From assembly GCA_963699165.1 (NCBI GenBank), contig OY969413.1:404562-468561 (forward strand): a stretch of 64,000 bases of DNA, in the 5' to 3' direction. The number at the start of each line of letters is the position of its first letter. Positions within the stretch are counted from its first letter, which is position 1. This document shows positions 18,779-27,281 of this stretch, piece after piece. Position numbers and translations under genes: made by a program. The notes beneath the pieces are model-generated. The model made no database searches. It worked only from the letters and a program-made list of their open reading frames with translations, and was not told the DNA's origin. The DNA comes from Candidatus Kaiserbacteria bacterium. GTDB taxonomy: Bacteria > Patescibacteriota > Minisyncoccia > Phycocordibacterales > Phycocordibacteraceae.

Positions 18779-19276
18779 CTATCGAGCGATGTCCACCGCT
18801 GTCACGGGGAAAGTGTTCAGATTTGCCGCATCTGCGGGAGCGTACGCATGTATCGTATCACCGACCTTGATTGCCGAAAGTGTCGTTTCCGTGATCGAAA
18901 ACGGCAGAATCGGCGGATCAGACGGTTTTGCAGTAGCGCGTTCTTTTTGGAGCGTGACCGAACCTTTCGCAACGTCCACCCGGATAAGCGTACTTGAGCT
19001 TACAAGCAGAGTGACACTGCTCTGAAGCGGCACCGCGGAGCCGGTACCGTTTGAGGTTTCAAGCAGCGTGATTTTGCCGCCCGAGATGCCTTGAACTGTT
19101 CCGGTCAGCGAATGTACTTGAGGAGGGACGAGTTGTTCATGAATGGTTTGCGGGGTCTGCGAAAGCGGCATCGGAAAGTAAATCTCATATGCCATAGCTC
19201 CCACAAGGGCAAAGATGAGCACAATTGACACACTGAGTCCGATGACGAGCGCTTTTTTGTTGGTGATTTGAATCAT
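18779..19276 (-). CDS. Hypothetical single-TM protein with OB-like extracellular domain
   Basis: TM helix then LTGTVQGISGGKITL...SAIKVGDTIHAY; start approximate. Confidence 0.65.
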   Translation of the reverse strand: MIQITNKKALVIGLSVSIVLIFALVGAMAYEIYFPMPLSQTPQTIHEQLVPPQVHSLTGTVQGISGGKITLLETSNGTGSAVPLQSSVTLLVSSSTLIRVDVAKGSVTLQKERATAKPSDPPILPFSITETTLSAIKVGDTIHAYAPADAANLNTFPVTAVDIAR

Positions 19277-19299
19277 ATACATATATGTGTATCGCCGCA

Positions 19300-21624
19300 T
19301 TAAAATTCCGAAAAACCTGTCGTCGAGACATTCACCACGAGCGGTACGTTGATAGTGTTGTTGAGAATGTCGGTGCACTTAAACAGGAATGCCGTTTGCG
19401 AGACGAGGCCATTCACCGCATAGGTACCCGATGTCGCGGAACCGCTCACGACTGGTGCCAAGACCGCGGTTCCATTTTTGTAAAGTGTGCAGCTTTGAAC
19501 CAACGTGGCCGCATACGAGAGCGTCGTATTGCCCCCGAGCGGCACGCGGGTATTCGTCGCGGTGAGTGAAATGGTCGGCTGGATAACGGTGATTGTCGGG
19601 AACGGCGGTATGGGGAAGGTATCGCAGGTCAGCCCGAAAGAATACGTTCCGGCCGTACCAAAGGGCCCGACCGTAGTATCGGAGCCGCTTGTTTGCCCCC
19701 CGGTCGAAAATCCATAGGAATTTGAGGTCTGGGTGCAGGAACTGGCGTTGCTGCATGTCCAGGTGAGCGTATCCGTATCGCCGACCTTGATACTCGATTT
19801 GCTCACGGAAATTGTGCAAGCCGGGGCGGGAGCGCAGCTATTTGTGACCGGATTAAACACGAGCGACGACGTGCATTTGTTGCAGCCGCTTGTCGGATTG
19901 GTCGCGCCGTTTGAACATTCGGAACAGGAGGCAGAGCTTCCGCCGCCGCTTCCGGCACAAGTCCATGTATAGAGCGGGGGTACGAACTGATTTGCACCTG
20001 ATGTACCGGGTGCGCAGTTGTAGTGAGTGGAGGCACAGACGCCGTTAACTGCGGCAGCGCATTTATTCCCGTCCCAGCTGCTACCCGAGGCGCAGTTGCC
20101 CGAAATGAGTACGCTGCCGAGCACGTTGCCACCGCTGTCTTTGAGAACAAGCGTTACGGGACTATAGACGCCGGTATCCGTCTGCGAGCCGTTTATTCCG
20201 GTCCACAGTGTTCCACCGCCCTGCTGAACAACGGACGCACTCGGCGTGTTTGACGTATTCCATGAGACGGTTACCGGACACCCGCTTTGTCCCGCTGCGA
20301 CAGTGCAAGGATTCGGGGATGCCGTGATGATGCCGGTGGGTGCGGCAGGCGGGCCGTTCACCGTAAAGCTGCTAACTGTCCATGCCGGCTGGTACGACAT
20401 TGCCGAATTAGCGCAAAGTGATCGTATGTTGTGCACACCGGGAGACAAACCGGTCACGTTCCACGTTCCGGAGGTGAAATATCCGGGACTGGTAGGACCG
20501 CCGTATCCCGAAATGTCTACAAAACCGTTGCCGTCATTTTTGTCGATGTTGACGTTGCAGTAGTATGCTGCGGCCGAGGAAGTGAGTTTAATCGTAGCAG
20601 TTCCTGTTGTCCCGCCTCCCGTGTTGTATAGGACGGGGTTTGGGGACTCTGTAACCGAAGATGTCGGAAGCGGGCAGCTCGAATCCGAAGGCGTGCTCGC
20701 GGAACACGTTCCATCGCACTGAACAGTGCCCGTATTCGTTTGTCCGCAGGCGTTGGCGGCGGAGGTGCAGGCATTTCCGTAGCCGGAAGGATTGGCGGGC
20801 GTGCTCGCGGAACATGCGCCATTACACTGAATGGTGCCCGAGTTCGTTTGGCCGCAGGAATTTGCGGCAGAGGTGCAGGCATTTCCGTAGCCGGAAGGAT
20901 TGGCGGGCGTGCTCGCGGAACATGCGCCATTACACTGAATGGTGCCCGAGTTCGTTTGTCCGCAGGCGTTGGCGGCGGAGGTGCAGGCATTTCCGTAGCC
21001 GGAAGGATTGGCGGGCGTGCTCGCGGAACACGTTCCATCGCACTGAACAGTGCCCGTATTCGTTTGGCCGCAGGAATTTGCGGCAGAGGTGCAGGCATTT
21101 CCGTAGCCGGAAGGATTGGCGGGCGTGCTCGCGGAACACGTTCCATCGCACTGAACAGTGCCCGTATTCGTTTGGCCGCAGGAATTTGCGGCAGAGGTGC
21201 AGGTGCTGCCGTTGCCGGCAGCGCATGCCACGGTGATATTTGCAGAGCAGACGGCCCGCTGTTGCTGAGATAGTCCCGTAATTGTCACCCATGGACCCGT
21301 ATACGTTACTGTACCCGTTTGAGTCGGACACGCTATTCCTGTGGCGCCAAAGTCATAGTTTGCACACAGATTCCCTATGGTAAAAGTGGTCCATGTACCT
21401 CCTGTGTATTGACCGGTGCCGCTGACTTTCACGGAAATCGATTGCCCATAGCTCACGGTCTGTGAAGGTGAAACGGTAATGGAACAGAAAGGTAATATAC
21501 ATGGTTGCAGCCCGCAATTACTATAGGCCACTGCACGATTTGCACCAACCGCTAAAGAAGAAAAAGCGAATAAAACAGAAAGGAGAACGATAAGGTTCCC
21601 TCGAGACCGCATACTCTGATTCAT
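19300..21624 (-). CDS. Large secreted Cys/Ser/Thr/Gly-rich surface protein with Ig-like segments
   Basis: Signal peptide, five 36-aa Cys repeats, VTVSWNTSN/LTWTCSNASSC modules, C-terminal FSEF. Confidence 0.8.
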   Translation of the reverse strand: MNQSMRSRGNLIVLLSVLFAFSSLAVGANRAVAYSNCGLQPCILPFCSITVSPSQTVSYGQSISVKVSGTGQYTGGTWTTFTIGNLCANYDFGATGIACPTQTGTVTYTGPWVTITGLSQQQRAVCSANITVACAAGNGSTCTSAANSCGQTNTGTVQCDGTCSASTPANPSGYGNACTSAANSCGQTNTGTVQCDGTCSASTPANPSGYGNACTSAANACGQTNSGTIQCNGACSASTPANPSGYGNACTSAANSCGQTNSGTIQCNGACSASTPANPSGYGNACTSAANACGQTNTGTVQCDGTCSASTPSDSSCPLPTSSVTESPNPVLYNTGGGTTGTATIKLTSSAAAYYCNVNIDKNDGNGFVDISGYGGPTSPGYFTSGTWNVTGLSPGVHNIRSLCANSAMSYQPAWTVSSFTVNGPPAAPTGIITASPNPCTVAAGQSGCPVTVSWNTSNTPSASVVQQGGGTLWTGINGSQTDTGVYSPVTLVLKDSGGNVLGSVLISGNCASGSSWDGNKCAAAVNGVCASTHYNCAPGTSGANQFVPPLYTWTCAGSGGGSSASCSECSNGATNPTSGCNKCTSSLVFNPVTNSCAPAPACTISVSKSSIKVGDTDTLTWTCSNASSCTQTSNSYGFSTGGQTSGSDTTVGPFGTAGTYSFGLTCDTFPIPPFPTITVIQPTISLTATNTRVPLGGNTTLSYAATLVQSCTLYKNGTAVLAPVVSGSATSGTYAVNGLVSQTAFLFKCTDILNNTINVPLVVNVSTTGFSEF
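20689..21201 (-). repeat. 108-bp tandem repeat, about 4.75 copies (CTSAANxCGQTNxGTxQCxGxCSASTPANPSGYGNA)
   Basis: Near-identical DNA units visible directly. Confidence 0.95.
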
Positions 21625-21802
21625 TATTTTAAGTATACTAAAAAAAAAGCACCTGAACCGATACCGCGAGATTAGTGTGGACAACTTTGTCCGCTCGGGT
21701 CGGGGTTTTCGGTGCGCGGTGGCAATTAGTCGTATGAAATAGGAAAACCGGCTCGCTTGTGGCGAGCCGGCGTTCTTGGTGGTCACGGTGACCTGAGGCG
21801 GT

Positions 21803-22300
21803 CTACTGCGACCGCGGGTACAGGACGACCACCGCGGGCTCGTCCTTCAGCACCGTGCTCGGCACCTGATCGAGCTCGTATCTGCTGACCGAGAACAGCC
21901 GCGGCACACCGGTCGGCGCGCCGACGCTGTCGAACGCGAGAACGCGGGCCCGGCCGTCGGTGGCCGGGATGACGATGTAGTACCCCTGAAGCGGCTGCCC
22001 GCCCCAGGCGGTCTCGAAATCGACGGACCCCGGCGACTTCGAAAAGAATCGGGTGCCGTACTGCAACCCGCCCGGGTTCGTGTTGGCGTATGCGCTCGAA
22101 AGCGCGTCCGCCTGCTGGGGCGTGAACTCGTCAGCGGCGCTCACGGGTCCGAGGCGAACGCCTTGGCCCGTCGAGAGGATGTCGAACGATCCGACCACCG
22201 CGGTCGGGTCGATCGCGTCGGCGCTCGCGAACGAGGGCGCTCCGACGAACGCGGCCAAGGCGAATGCTGCCGCCAGGATTCCGTTGAACCTGATGATCAT
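21803..22300 (-). CDS. Hypothetical secreted protein (GC-rich)
   Basis: Signal peptide ending ASA, AAAGGAGG SD, own promoter. Confidence 0.75.
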   Translation of the reverse strand: MIIRFNGILAAAFALAAFVGAPSFASADAIDPTAVVGSFDILSTGQGVRLGPVSAADEFTPQQADALSSAYANTNPGGLQYGTRFFSKSPGSVDFETAWGGQPLQGYYIVIPATDGRARVLAFDSVGAPTGVPRLFSVSRYELDQVPSTVLKDEPAVVVLYPRSQ

Positions 22301-22355
22301 GTCTGTGGCCTCCTTTTGAAATTGAAAGATCGGGTCTGCTTCCGCAGCTATCCCA

Positions 22356-22385
22356 AGTATACTGCACAGGTATGTTATTTGTCAA
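22356..22385 (-). promoter_or_regulatory. Sigma70 promoter for the 21803-22300 gene; IS481 inserted 5 bp upstream of its -35
   Basis: Minus strand TTGACA-18 nt-TATACT. Confidence 0.75.
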
Positions 22386-23425
22386 GCCCGTGTACGCGTC
22401 CAGTACTTTTGGCAGTCCCCGACGGTTAATGTACACACAATATACCGCAAGGGGGACACCATGCCGAGCGACTGGTGCGGGCGTTTGGTGTTGTACCAAA
22501 TCAGCCAGTCGACAAGCTTCAGATTGAAGGAATGAATATCGTCCCGCAGCAGGCCCCGATTCAGCATGATGAAGTCCTCGGAGACGGTGCGATTGAATCG
22601 TTCGACGTGGGCATTCATCTTGGGAGTGCGGGGGCGGGTGTGAAAGTGCGTGAGCCCGAGTTCGGCACAGGCATCCTCGAAGTGTTTGGCGAACTCGCTC
22701 CCGTTGTCGGTCTGCAACTCGTCGATATCGAAGGGGCAAACCTCGATGACTCGGCGAAGGAAGTCGTCCGCGCTTCTCGACGAGTGGTTCGTATACGCGC
22801 CCGCAAAGGCGAACTTCCGCTCCACGTCCACTGCCGTGAGGACGTACCGCTTCACGCCGTCGATGAAGCGGACGACGGTATCGAGCTCCATGCCGCGCTT
22901 GCCGGTGCGGCGAAGCTTGGTACGGCGTTTCTGCGGTGTTTCCGTGTGATTGCCCGTACGTGCGTGGAACGAGAGCCGGCTCTGCTGCGGGAGCAGACCG
23001 CGGTTCTTCAAATCCAGAATGACCCGCCCAACGTATGACTCCGACACGGAGTACCCTTCTTCGCGCAGGAGAACGGCAAGCTTTGCTTTCCCAAGCCGGG
23101 GATGCGCCTGTCGTTCGCGGATGATGAAATCCTCGACCTCGGGCAGAACAGTCCTCCTTCGACGCGCCTTCGGCGCAGTGCTCTTCGGGTCAAGTGCATC
23201 AATGCGGCCCTCGTGGGCTTTGAGTTCCTCCTTCCAGCGATACAAGGTGCGCTCCGAGGTGCCAAAGGCGTCGTATGCGGCCTCCGTCCCGTGCATGTCC
23301 CAGAATCCCAATATCTTCACCCGTCTGTCGACTTCCTTTGGTTTCCGCATATGCCGCAATCGTATCGTCCTTTCCCACATGCTCAACCAGCCCTTCGTAC
23401 CCCTGAAATTGCTTCTGATGTGCAT
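22382..23425 (-). CDS. IS481-family DDE transposase (rve integrase core)
   Basis: HTH SERTLYRW, MELDT, LQTDNGSEF, NAHVERFNRT, YNTKRPHQSL; stop codon lies outside the IS. Confidence 0.93.
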   Translation of the reverse strand: MHIRSNFRGTKGWLSMWERTIRLRHMRKPKEVDRRVKILGFWDMHGTEAAYDAFGTSERTLYRWKEELKAHEGRIDALDPKSTAPKARRRRTVLPEVEDFIIRERQAHPRLGKAKLAVLLREEGYSVSESYVGRVILDLKNRGLLPQQSRLSFHARTGNHTETPQKRRTKLRRTGKRGMELDTVVRFIDGVKRYVLTAVDVERKFAFAGAYTNHSSRSADDFLRRVIEVCPFDIDELQTDNGSEFAKHFEDACAELGLTHFHTRPRTPKMNAHVERFNRTVSEDFIMLNRGLLRDDIHSFNLKLVDWLIWYNTKRPHQSLGMVSPLRYIVCTLTVGDCQKYWTRTRA

Positions 23426-23470
23426 ATATCCTCGGTTATGAGGACTGCCAAATGTATCTGAACTTATGCA
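22391..23470 (-). mobile_element. IS481-family element copy 1 (1080 bp, 5-bp TSD GCCCG)
   Basis: Imperfect TIRs TGCATAAGTTCAGATACATTTGGCAGTCC / TGTACGCGTCCAGTACTTTTGGCAGTCC; near-identical to copies 2 and 3. Confidence 0.93.
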
Positions 23471-23475
23471 GCCCG

Positions 23476-23515
23476 TGTACGCGATCGGGACATTTAGCAG
23501 CCCGCGACGGACGTA
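23476..23515 (-). mobile_element. Degenerate right-end remnant of a related IS481 element
   Basis: TGTACGCGATCGGGACATTTAGCAGCCCGCGACGG matches the IS right end at 27/35 positions. Confidence 0.65.
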
Positions 23516-23542
23516 ATGCCGATAGAGCTCGCCAGGAGTTTC

Positions 23543-23585
23543 GCGCCGGCACTTGGGAAGGTCTGACCTTCCCAAGTGCCGGCGC
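23543..23585. repeat. Perfect 21-bp-arm palindrome (REP-like core TTGGGAAGGTNNNACCTTCCCAAG)
   Basis: GCGCCGGCACTTGGGAAGGTC-T-GACCTTCCCAAGTGCCGGCGC; same core at 60357-60380. Confidence 0.85.
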
Positions 23586-23625
23586 TTTTTCAAAATCTAG
23601 CTTTCGGCCGTGATACCATGTCGCC

Positions 23626-24399
23626 ATGACTTTTTTGCAGAGTTTTCTGCTCGGTATCGTCGAGGGTGCGACCGAGTTTCTGCCGGTATCTTCGACCGGA
23701 CACCTCATCTTGGCCTCTACCCTGCTCGGCGTTGTCCAAAGCGACTTTGCAAAGACATTTGAGATTGTCATTCAACTTGGCGCGATACTTGCCGTCGTCG
23801 TGCTATATTGGCGCTCATTTTTCAATCTCGAACTCTTGAAGAAACTTGTCGTGGCATTTATTCCGACCGGCATTATCGGGCTCGCCGCATACCACTTCTT
23901 GCAAACCTATCTGCTTGGCAATGACTGGGTCGTGATTGTCTCGCTCTTCCTCGGCGGCATCGTCCTCATCGCGTTTGAAAAATGGCACGGGAAAATCGAG
24001 GACGCCGCGCCGGGGACGTCAATCACCTACCGGCAAGCGGCGGCCATCGGACTCTTTCAGGCGATTTCGATTATTCCGGGCGTCTCTCGAAGCGGCGCGA
24101 CTATCGTGGGCGGCATGTATCTCGGCATCAAGCGCGCAACCATCGTCGAATTTTCATTTCTGCTTGCCGTACCGACCATGTTCGCGGCGACCGGCTTGAG
24201 TTTATTTAAAACGAATTTCGCGCTTTCGCAAAATGAATGGCTGGTCCTCGGCATCGGTTTCTTAACCGCCTTCGTCGTGGCGCTCGCGAGCATCCACTGG
24301 CTCTTGGGCTACGTGCGAAAACATTCTTTCACCGGCTTCGGCATCTACCGCATTGCGCTTTCAGTCGCATTCGCCGTCTATCTTTTCCTTCAACTCTAG
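23626..24399 (+). CDS. uppP: Undecaprenyl-diphosphate phosphatase
   Basis: EGATEFLPVSSTGHL, IQLGAILAV, PGVSRSGATI, EFSFLLAVP. Confidence 0.97.
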   Translation: MTFLQSFLLGIVEGATEFLPVSSTGHLILASTLLGVVQSDFAKTFEIVIQLGAILAVVVLYWRSFFNLELLKKLVVAFIPTGIIGLAAYHFLQTYLLGNDWVVIVSLFLGGIVLIAFEKWHGKIEDAAPGTSITYRQAAAIGLFQAISIIPGVSRSGATIVGGMYLGIKRATIVEFSFLLAVPTMFAATGLSLFKTNFALSQNEWLVLGIGFLTAFVVALASIHWLLGYVRKHSFTGFGIYRIALSVAFAVYLFLQL

Positions 24400-24890
24400 C
24401 CGGCCGGGATAATCGAGCCGATAAGCACGCCCATGATGATTGCGGCGCCGCCCAAGAGCGCCATTCGGATGCCGCGCGAGAAGACGGGCAGGCGCGAAAG
24501 ACGGGCGCTCACCGTTCCAACCAAAAACAGCACCGCGATTGAGAGCAAAATAGACGTCGCGAGCGCCATCCACGCCGTCAAAAAAAGATACGGCGCGAGA
24601 GGAATGAAGGCGGCAAGGACAAAGGAGAAAAACATGATAGCTCCGGCAAATACGGACGGCGCGTCCGCTACATCCGACCTATTTTCATATTCCTCGGCCG
24701 ATTTCTCCGAAAGGAAATTGCCGACGGCCATTGAAAACGCCTCCACAAACGCGTACACGACACCGGTGAGCGCAAGCGTCTTGTGCGACGCGCCGGCAAC
24801 GTCGAGCCCCGCAAGCAATCCGACCGTCGAAACCAAGCTGTCGGTGATGCCGAAAATGACGGCTCGCAAATTCAGCGGTGATATTTTCAT
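24396..24890 (-). CDS. VIT1/CCC1 family transporter
   Basis: LRAVIFGITDSLVSTVGLLAG, AFSMAVGNFLS, FIPLAPY. Confidence 0.9.
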   Translation of the reverse strand: MKISPLNLRAVIFGITDSLVSTVGLLAGLDVAGASHKTLALTGVVYAFVEAFSMAVGNFLSEKSAEEYENRSDVADAPSVFAGAIMFFSFVLAAFIPLAPYLFLTAWMALATSILLSIAVLFLVGTVSARLSRLPVFSRGIRMALLGGAAIIMGVLIGSIIPAG

Positions 24891-25000
24891 ATTGAAATGG
24901 TAGCACGACAAACTTATGAACAGTTTTGCACCTTTTGCGTTATAAAACGCGGCGTGCCGGTGTTATTCTAAAGGAGTACTTTTGAAATCTTTTCTATGGC

Positions 25001-26158
25001 ATGACTTTTGATCTTGCGGTAAATATTCTTGCACTTCTTTTCACGTTCTTCATTGCGGGAACGTTGCTCGGCGCCCTGTTCTTTAAACCGGTCCGCGAAA
25101 AGCTGGCGCGGATTTTTCGCATAAAAAAACGCCTCGCTCTTTCGCGAAGCACGCACAATCCGATTTTGAAACCCGACGCCGTCAGTCCTTGGAAAGCCGA
25201 ATCCGTGATGAATCCGGCCGCAATTGTGCTGAAAGGCCGAACACATCTTATTTTCCGCGCGGTCGGCTCGGACGGCGTTTCGCGGCTCGGTTATGCGAGC
25301 AGTCCGGACGGTTTTATTTTTGACGAACAACTTCCCTACCCAATCTACGCGGCACGAACCCCGGGCGGCACGCCGACGCGTGAGCGGCGCTACTCGCCGG
25401 TGCTCTACCCATCGGGCGGCAGCTGGGGCGGGTGCGAAGACCCGCGGATGGTCGCCATCGACGGCCGCGTATATGTGACATTCAACACGTTCATGAACTG
25501 GAACATGAGCGTCAGCGTGATTTGGTTTAGCGAAGAAGATTTCCTCGCGAAACAATTCCATAAATTGGAAGGACCGTATGTTATCGCGAACTCTCCGCGC
25601 GAGAAGAACTGGATGCTATTCCCGGAAAAGATTAATGGTCACGTCGCCGTTTTAATCGGCATCATAGACGAAGATGAGTCCCGCGTGCGTGTGGAATATA
25701 CCGATGACTTGACCACCCTCTCGCGGGCGACTTTCAAAACCATTGACCCGCAGAAAGTGCCGGATAGGCCCATCGCCTGGCATGTGCATGTGCGGAGCGC
25801 CGGGCCACCGCCAATCAAGACCGACCGCGGTTGGCTCGTTTTCTATCATGCACACGATGCGGCAGAACCAAGTCGCTATAAACTCGGCGCAATGCTGCTC
25901 GACCTCAACGACCCATCAAAAGTTCTTCATCGAAGCATTTGTCCCGTCCTTTCTCCGGACGAGTCATACGAAAATGACGGGAAACCGGGCATCGTGTACG
26001 CATGCGGTGCCACCGTCCAAAATGGGACACTCTATGTGTACTACGGCGGCGCGGACAAGGTTGCATGCGTCGCGACCGCGCCTCTGGATGATTTTCTCGA
26101 CGCACTTATCTCCGGCACCGAAATCGCGCTTGAATCGGAACCGTTACATGCCCCGTAA
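25001..26158 (+). CDS. GH130-family glycoside phosphorylase/hydrolase with N-terminal membrane anchor
   Basis: NPILKP, VMNPAA, GCEDPR, EKNWMLFPEKING, GPPPIKTDRGWL, YYGGAD. Confidence 0.88.
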   Translation: MTFDLAVNILALLFTFFIAGTLLGALFFKPVREKLARIFRIKKRLALSRSTHNPILKPDAVSPWKAESVMNPAAIVLKGRTHLIFRAVGSDGVSRLGYASSPDGFIFDEQLPYPIYAARTPGGTPTRERRYSPVLYPSGGSWGGCEDPRMVAIDGRVYVTFNTFMNWNMSVSVIWFSEEDFLAKQFHKLEGPYVIANSPREKNWMLFPEKINGHVAVLIGIIDEDESRVRVEYTDDLTTLSRATFKTIDPQKVPDRPIAWHVHVRSAGPPPIKTDRGWLVFYHAHDAAEPSRYKLGAMLLDLNDPSKVLHRSICPVLSPDESYENDGKPGIVYACGATVQNGTLYVYYGGADKVACVATAPLDDFLDALISGTEIALESEPLHAP

Positions 26159-26166
26159 TTACAAAC

Positions 26167-27276
26167 ATGGATTCTCAATCAACCCCCAGTCCCGAGCCGA
26201 TCGACGAAGTTATCGCGCCGTCGCAATTTGAATTTTTAGCATCGAAACCGAGCGTTGCCGCATACCGCCAGCACGAGGGCAGAGTCATCGGAGGCGACGC
26301 CCGCTTCAAGTATTTCATGGCGGTGACGCTCGACCCGCGAACGAACAATCGAAGCGGCATTGTCCGCTGTATTATGAGCCGCGACGGCGATGTCGCGGTC
26401 GAGGGATACGTTGACAGGAGCGAATTGCATCGCATCGACGGCGAGTCGCTCGAGCAGTTCGCCGTCGGCGATGAAATCGTCATCCGAAACAGCTCGGAAA
26501 TCATCTTCGGTCTCACCAAAGGAGACGAGGCGTGGGATTTCCTCGGTTTTGAAGACCCGGACATTTGGATAGACCCCGACACGCAGCTGCTGCATCTGTA
26601 TTTTACGATTCCTTTCAAACATCGGAATTCCGAGTTCGCGATTTGTCTCGGACACGCCGTGGGTCAGGATGTGGACTCGCTCGTCATGACGCAGCCGGCG
26701 CTGCTTCCGAAACAACTCGGCGGCCGCGGCAACGGCGCGAAAGAAGTGTCCATTGCTCCGAAGAATTCGCGCGGAGTGCATCTGAATCTTATCGAGTCGG
26801 CTGCCGGAGGGTTTGAGGGCGATTCGGCATCGGTTGCGCAAATCGCCGCCGCGAACGACATGGGCGGCGTGTGGGAATACGGAGACGTCGTTTTCAACCC
26901 GCTTGCGGAACGCATTGCGTGGATTGCGGGACACGCATCGCCCGGACCGCTGCTTCCCCGCTCGTTTATCGACATCGGCGAAGGAAAAGCGGTCGGCATC
27001 ATGAACGGCCGCGAGGCAAATCGCCGCGAAGGCGAATCGGTTTTGTACGGAACGTTTTCCGTAGGGCTCTTTATATACGATTACGAGAACGGAGCCATCG
27101 ACTGGGTTTCGCCGGAGCCGCTCATTCGCGACAGCGAGGCGCGAACGATAACCTTTGCGAGCCAGTTCGTCGAGGCCGTTCCGGGCCAAGAAGGCATTCT
27201 CTATGCACACGTCGACGACTCGTTCGTGCGCGCGTACACGCTGTATGCCGAAGGCATTCGCTCGCTTCTACCATAA
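26167..27276 (+). CDS. Five-bladed beta-propeller glycoside hydrolase-like protein (GH130/GH43-like clan)
   Basis: GFEDPDIW...LHLYFT, ASPGPLL, ILYAHVDD; operon context. Confidence 0.6.
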   Translation: MDSQSTPSPEPIDEVIAPSQFEFLASKPSVAAYRQHEGRVIGGDARFKYFMAVTLDPRTNNRSGIVRCIMSRDGDVAVEGYVDRSELHRIDGESLEQFAVGDEIVIRNSSEIIFGLTKGDEAWDFLGFEDPDIWIDPDTQLLHLYFTIPFKHRNSEFAICLGHAVGQDVDSLVMTQPALLPKQLGGRGNGAKEVSIAPKNSRGVHLNLIESAAGGFEGDSASVAQIAAANDMGGVWEYGDVVFNPLAERIAWIAGHASPGPLLPRSFIDIGEGKAVGIMNGREANRREGESVLYGTFSVGLFIYDYENGAIDWVSPEPLIRDSEARTITFASQFVEAVPGQEGILYAHVDDSFVRAYTLYAEGIRSLLP

Positions 27277-27281
27277 CTGCC

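Noticed and set aside
20689-21201. Regular repeats as CRISPR or DGR template/variable pair
   Set aside because: Contiguous in-frame coding repeats without unique spacers; no reverse transcriptase and no adenine-specific variation
26871-27281. N-terminal 137-aa extension of the double GH130, and similar extensions on rpsA, rpoB, murI and the transposases
   Set aside because: ORF-caller extensions overlapping upstream genes, tRNAs or IS ends; recognisable sequence starts at downstream ATGs
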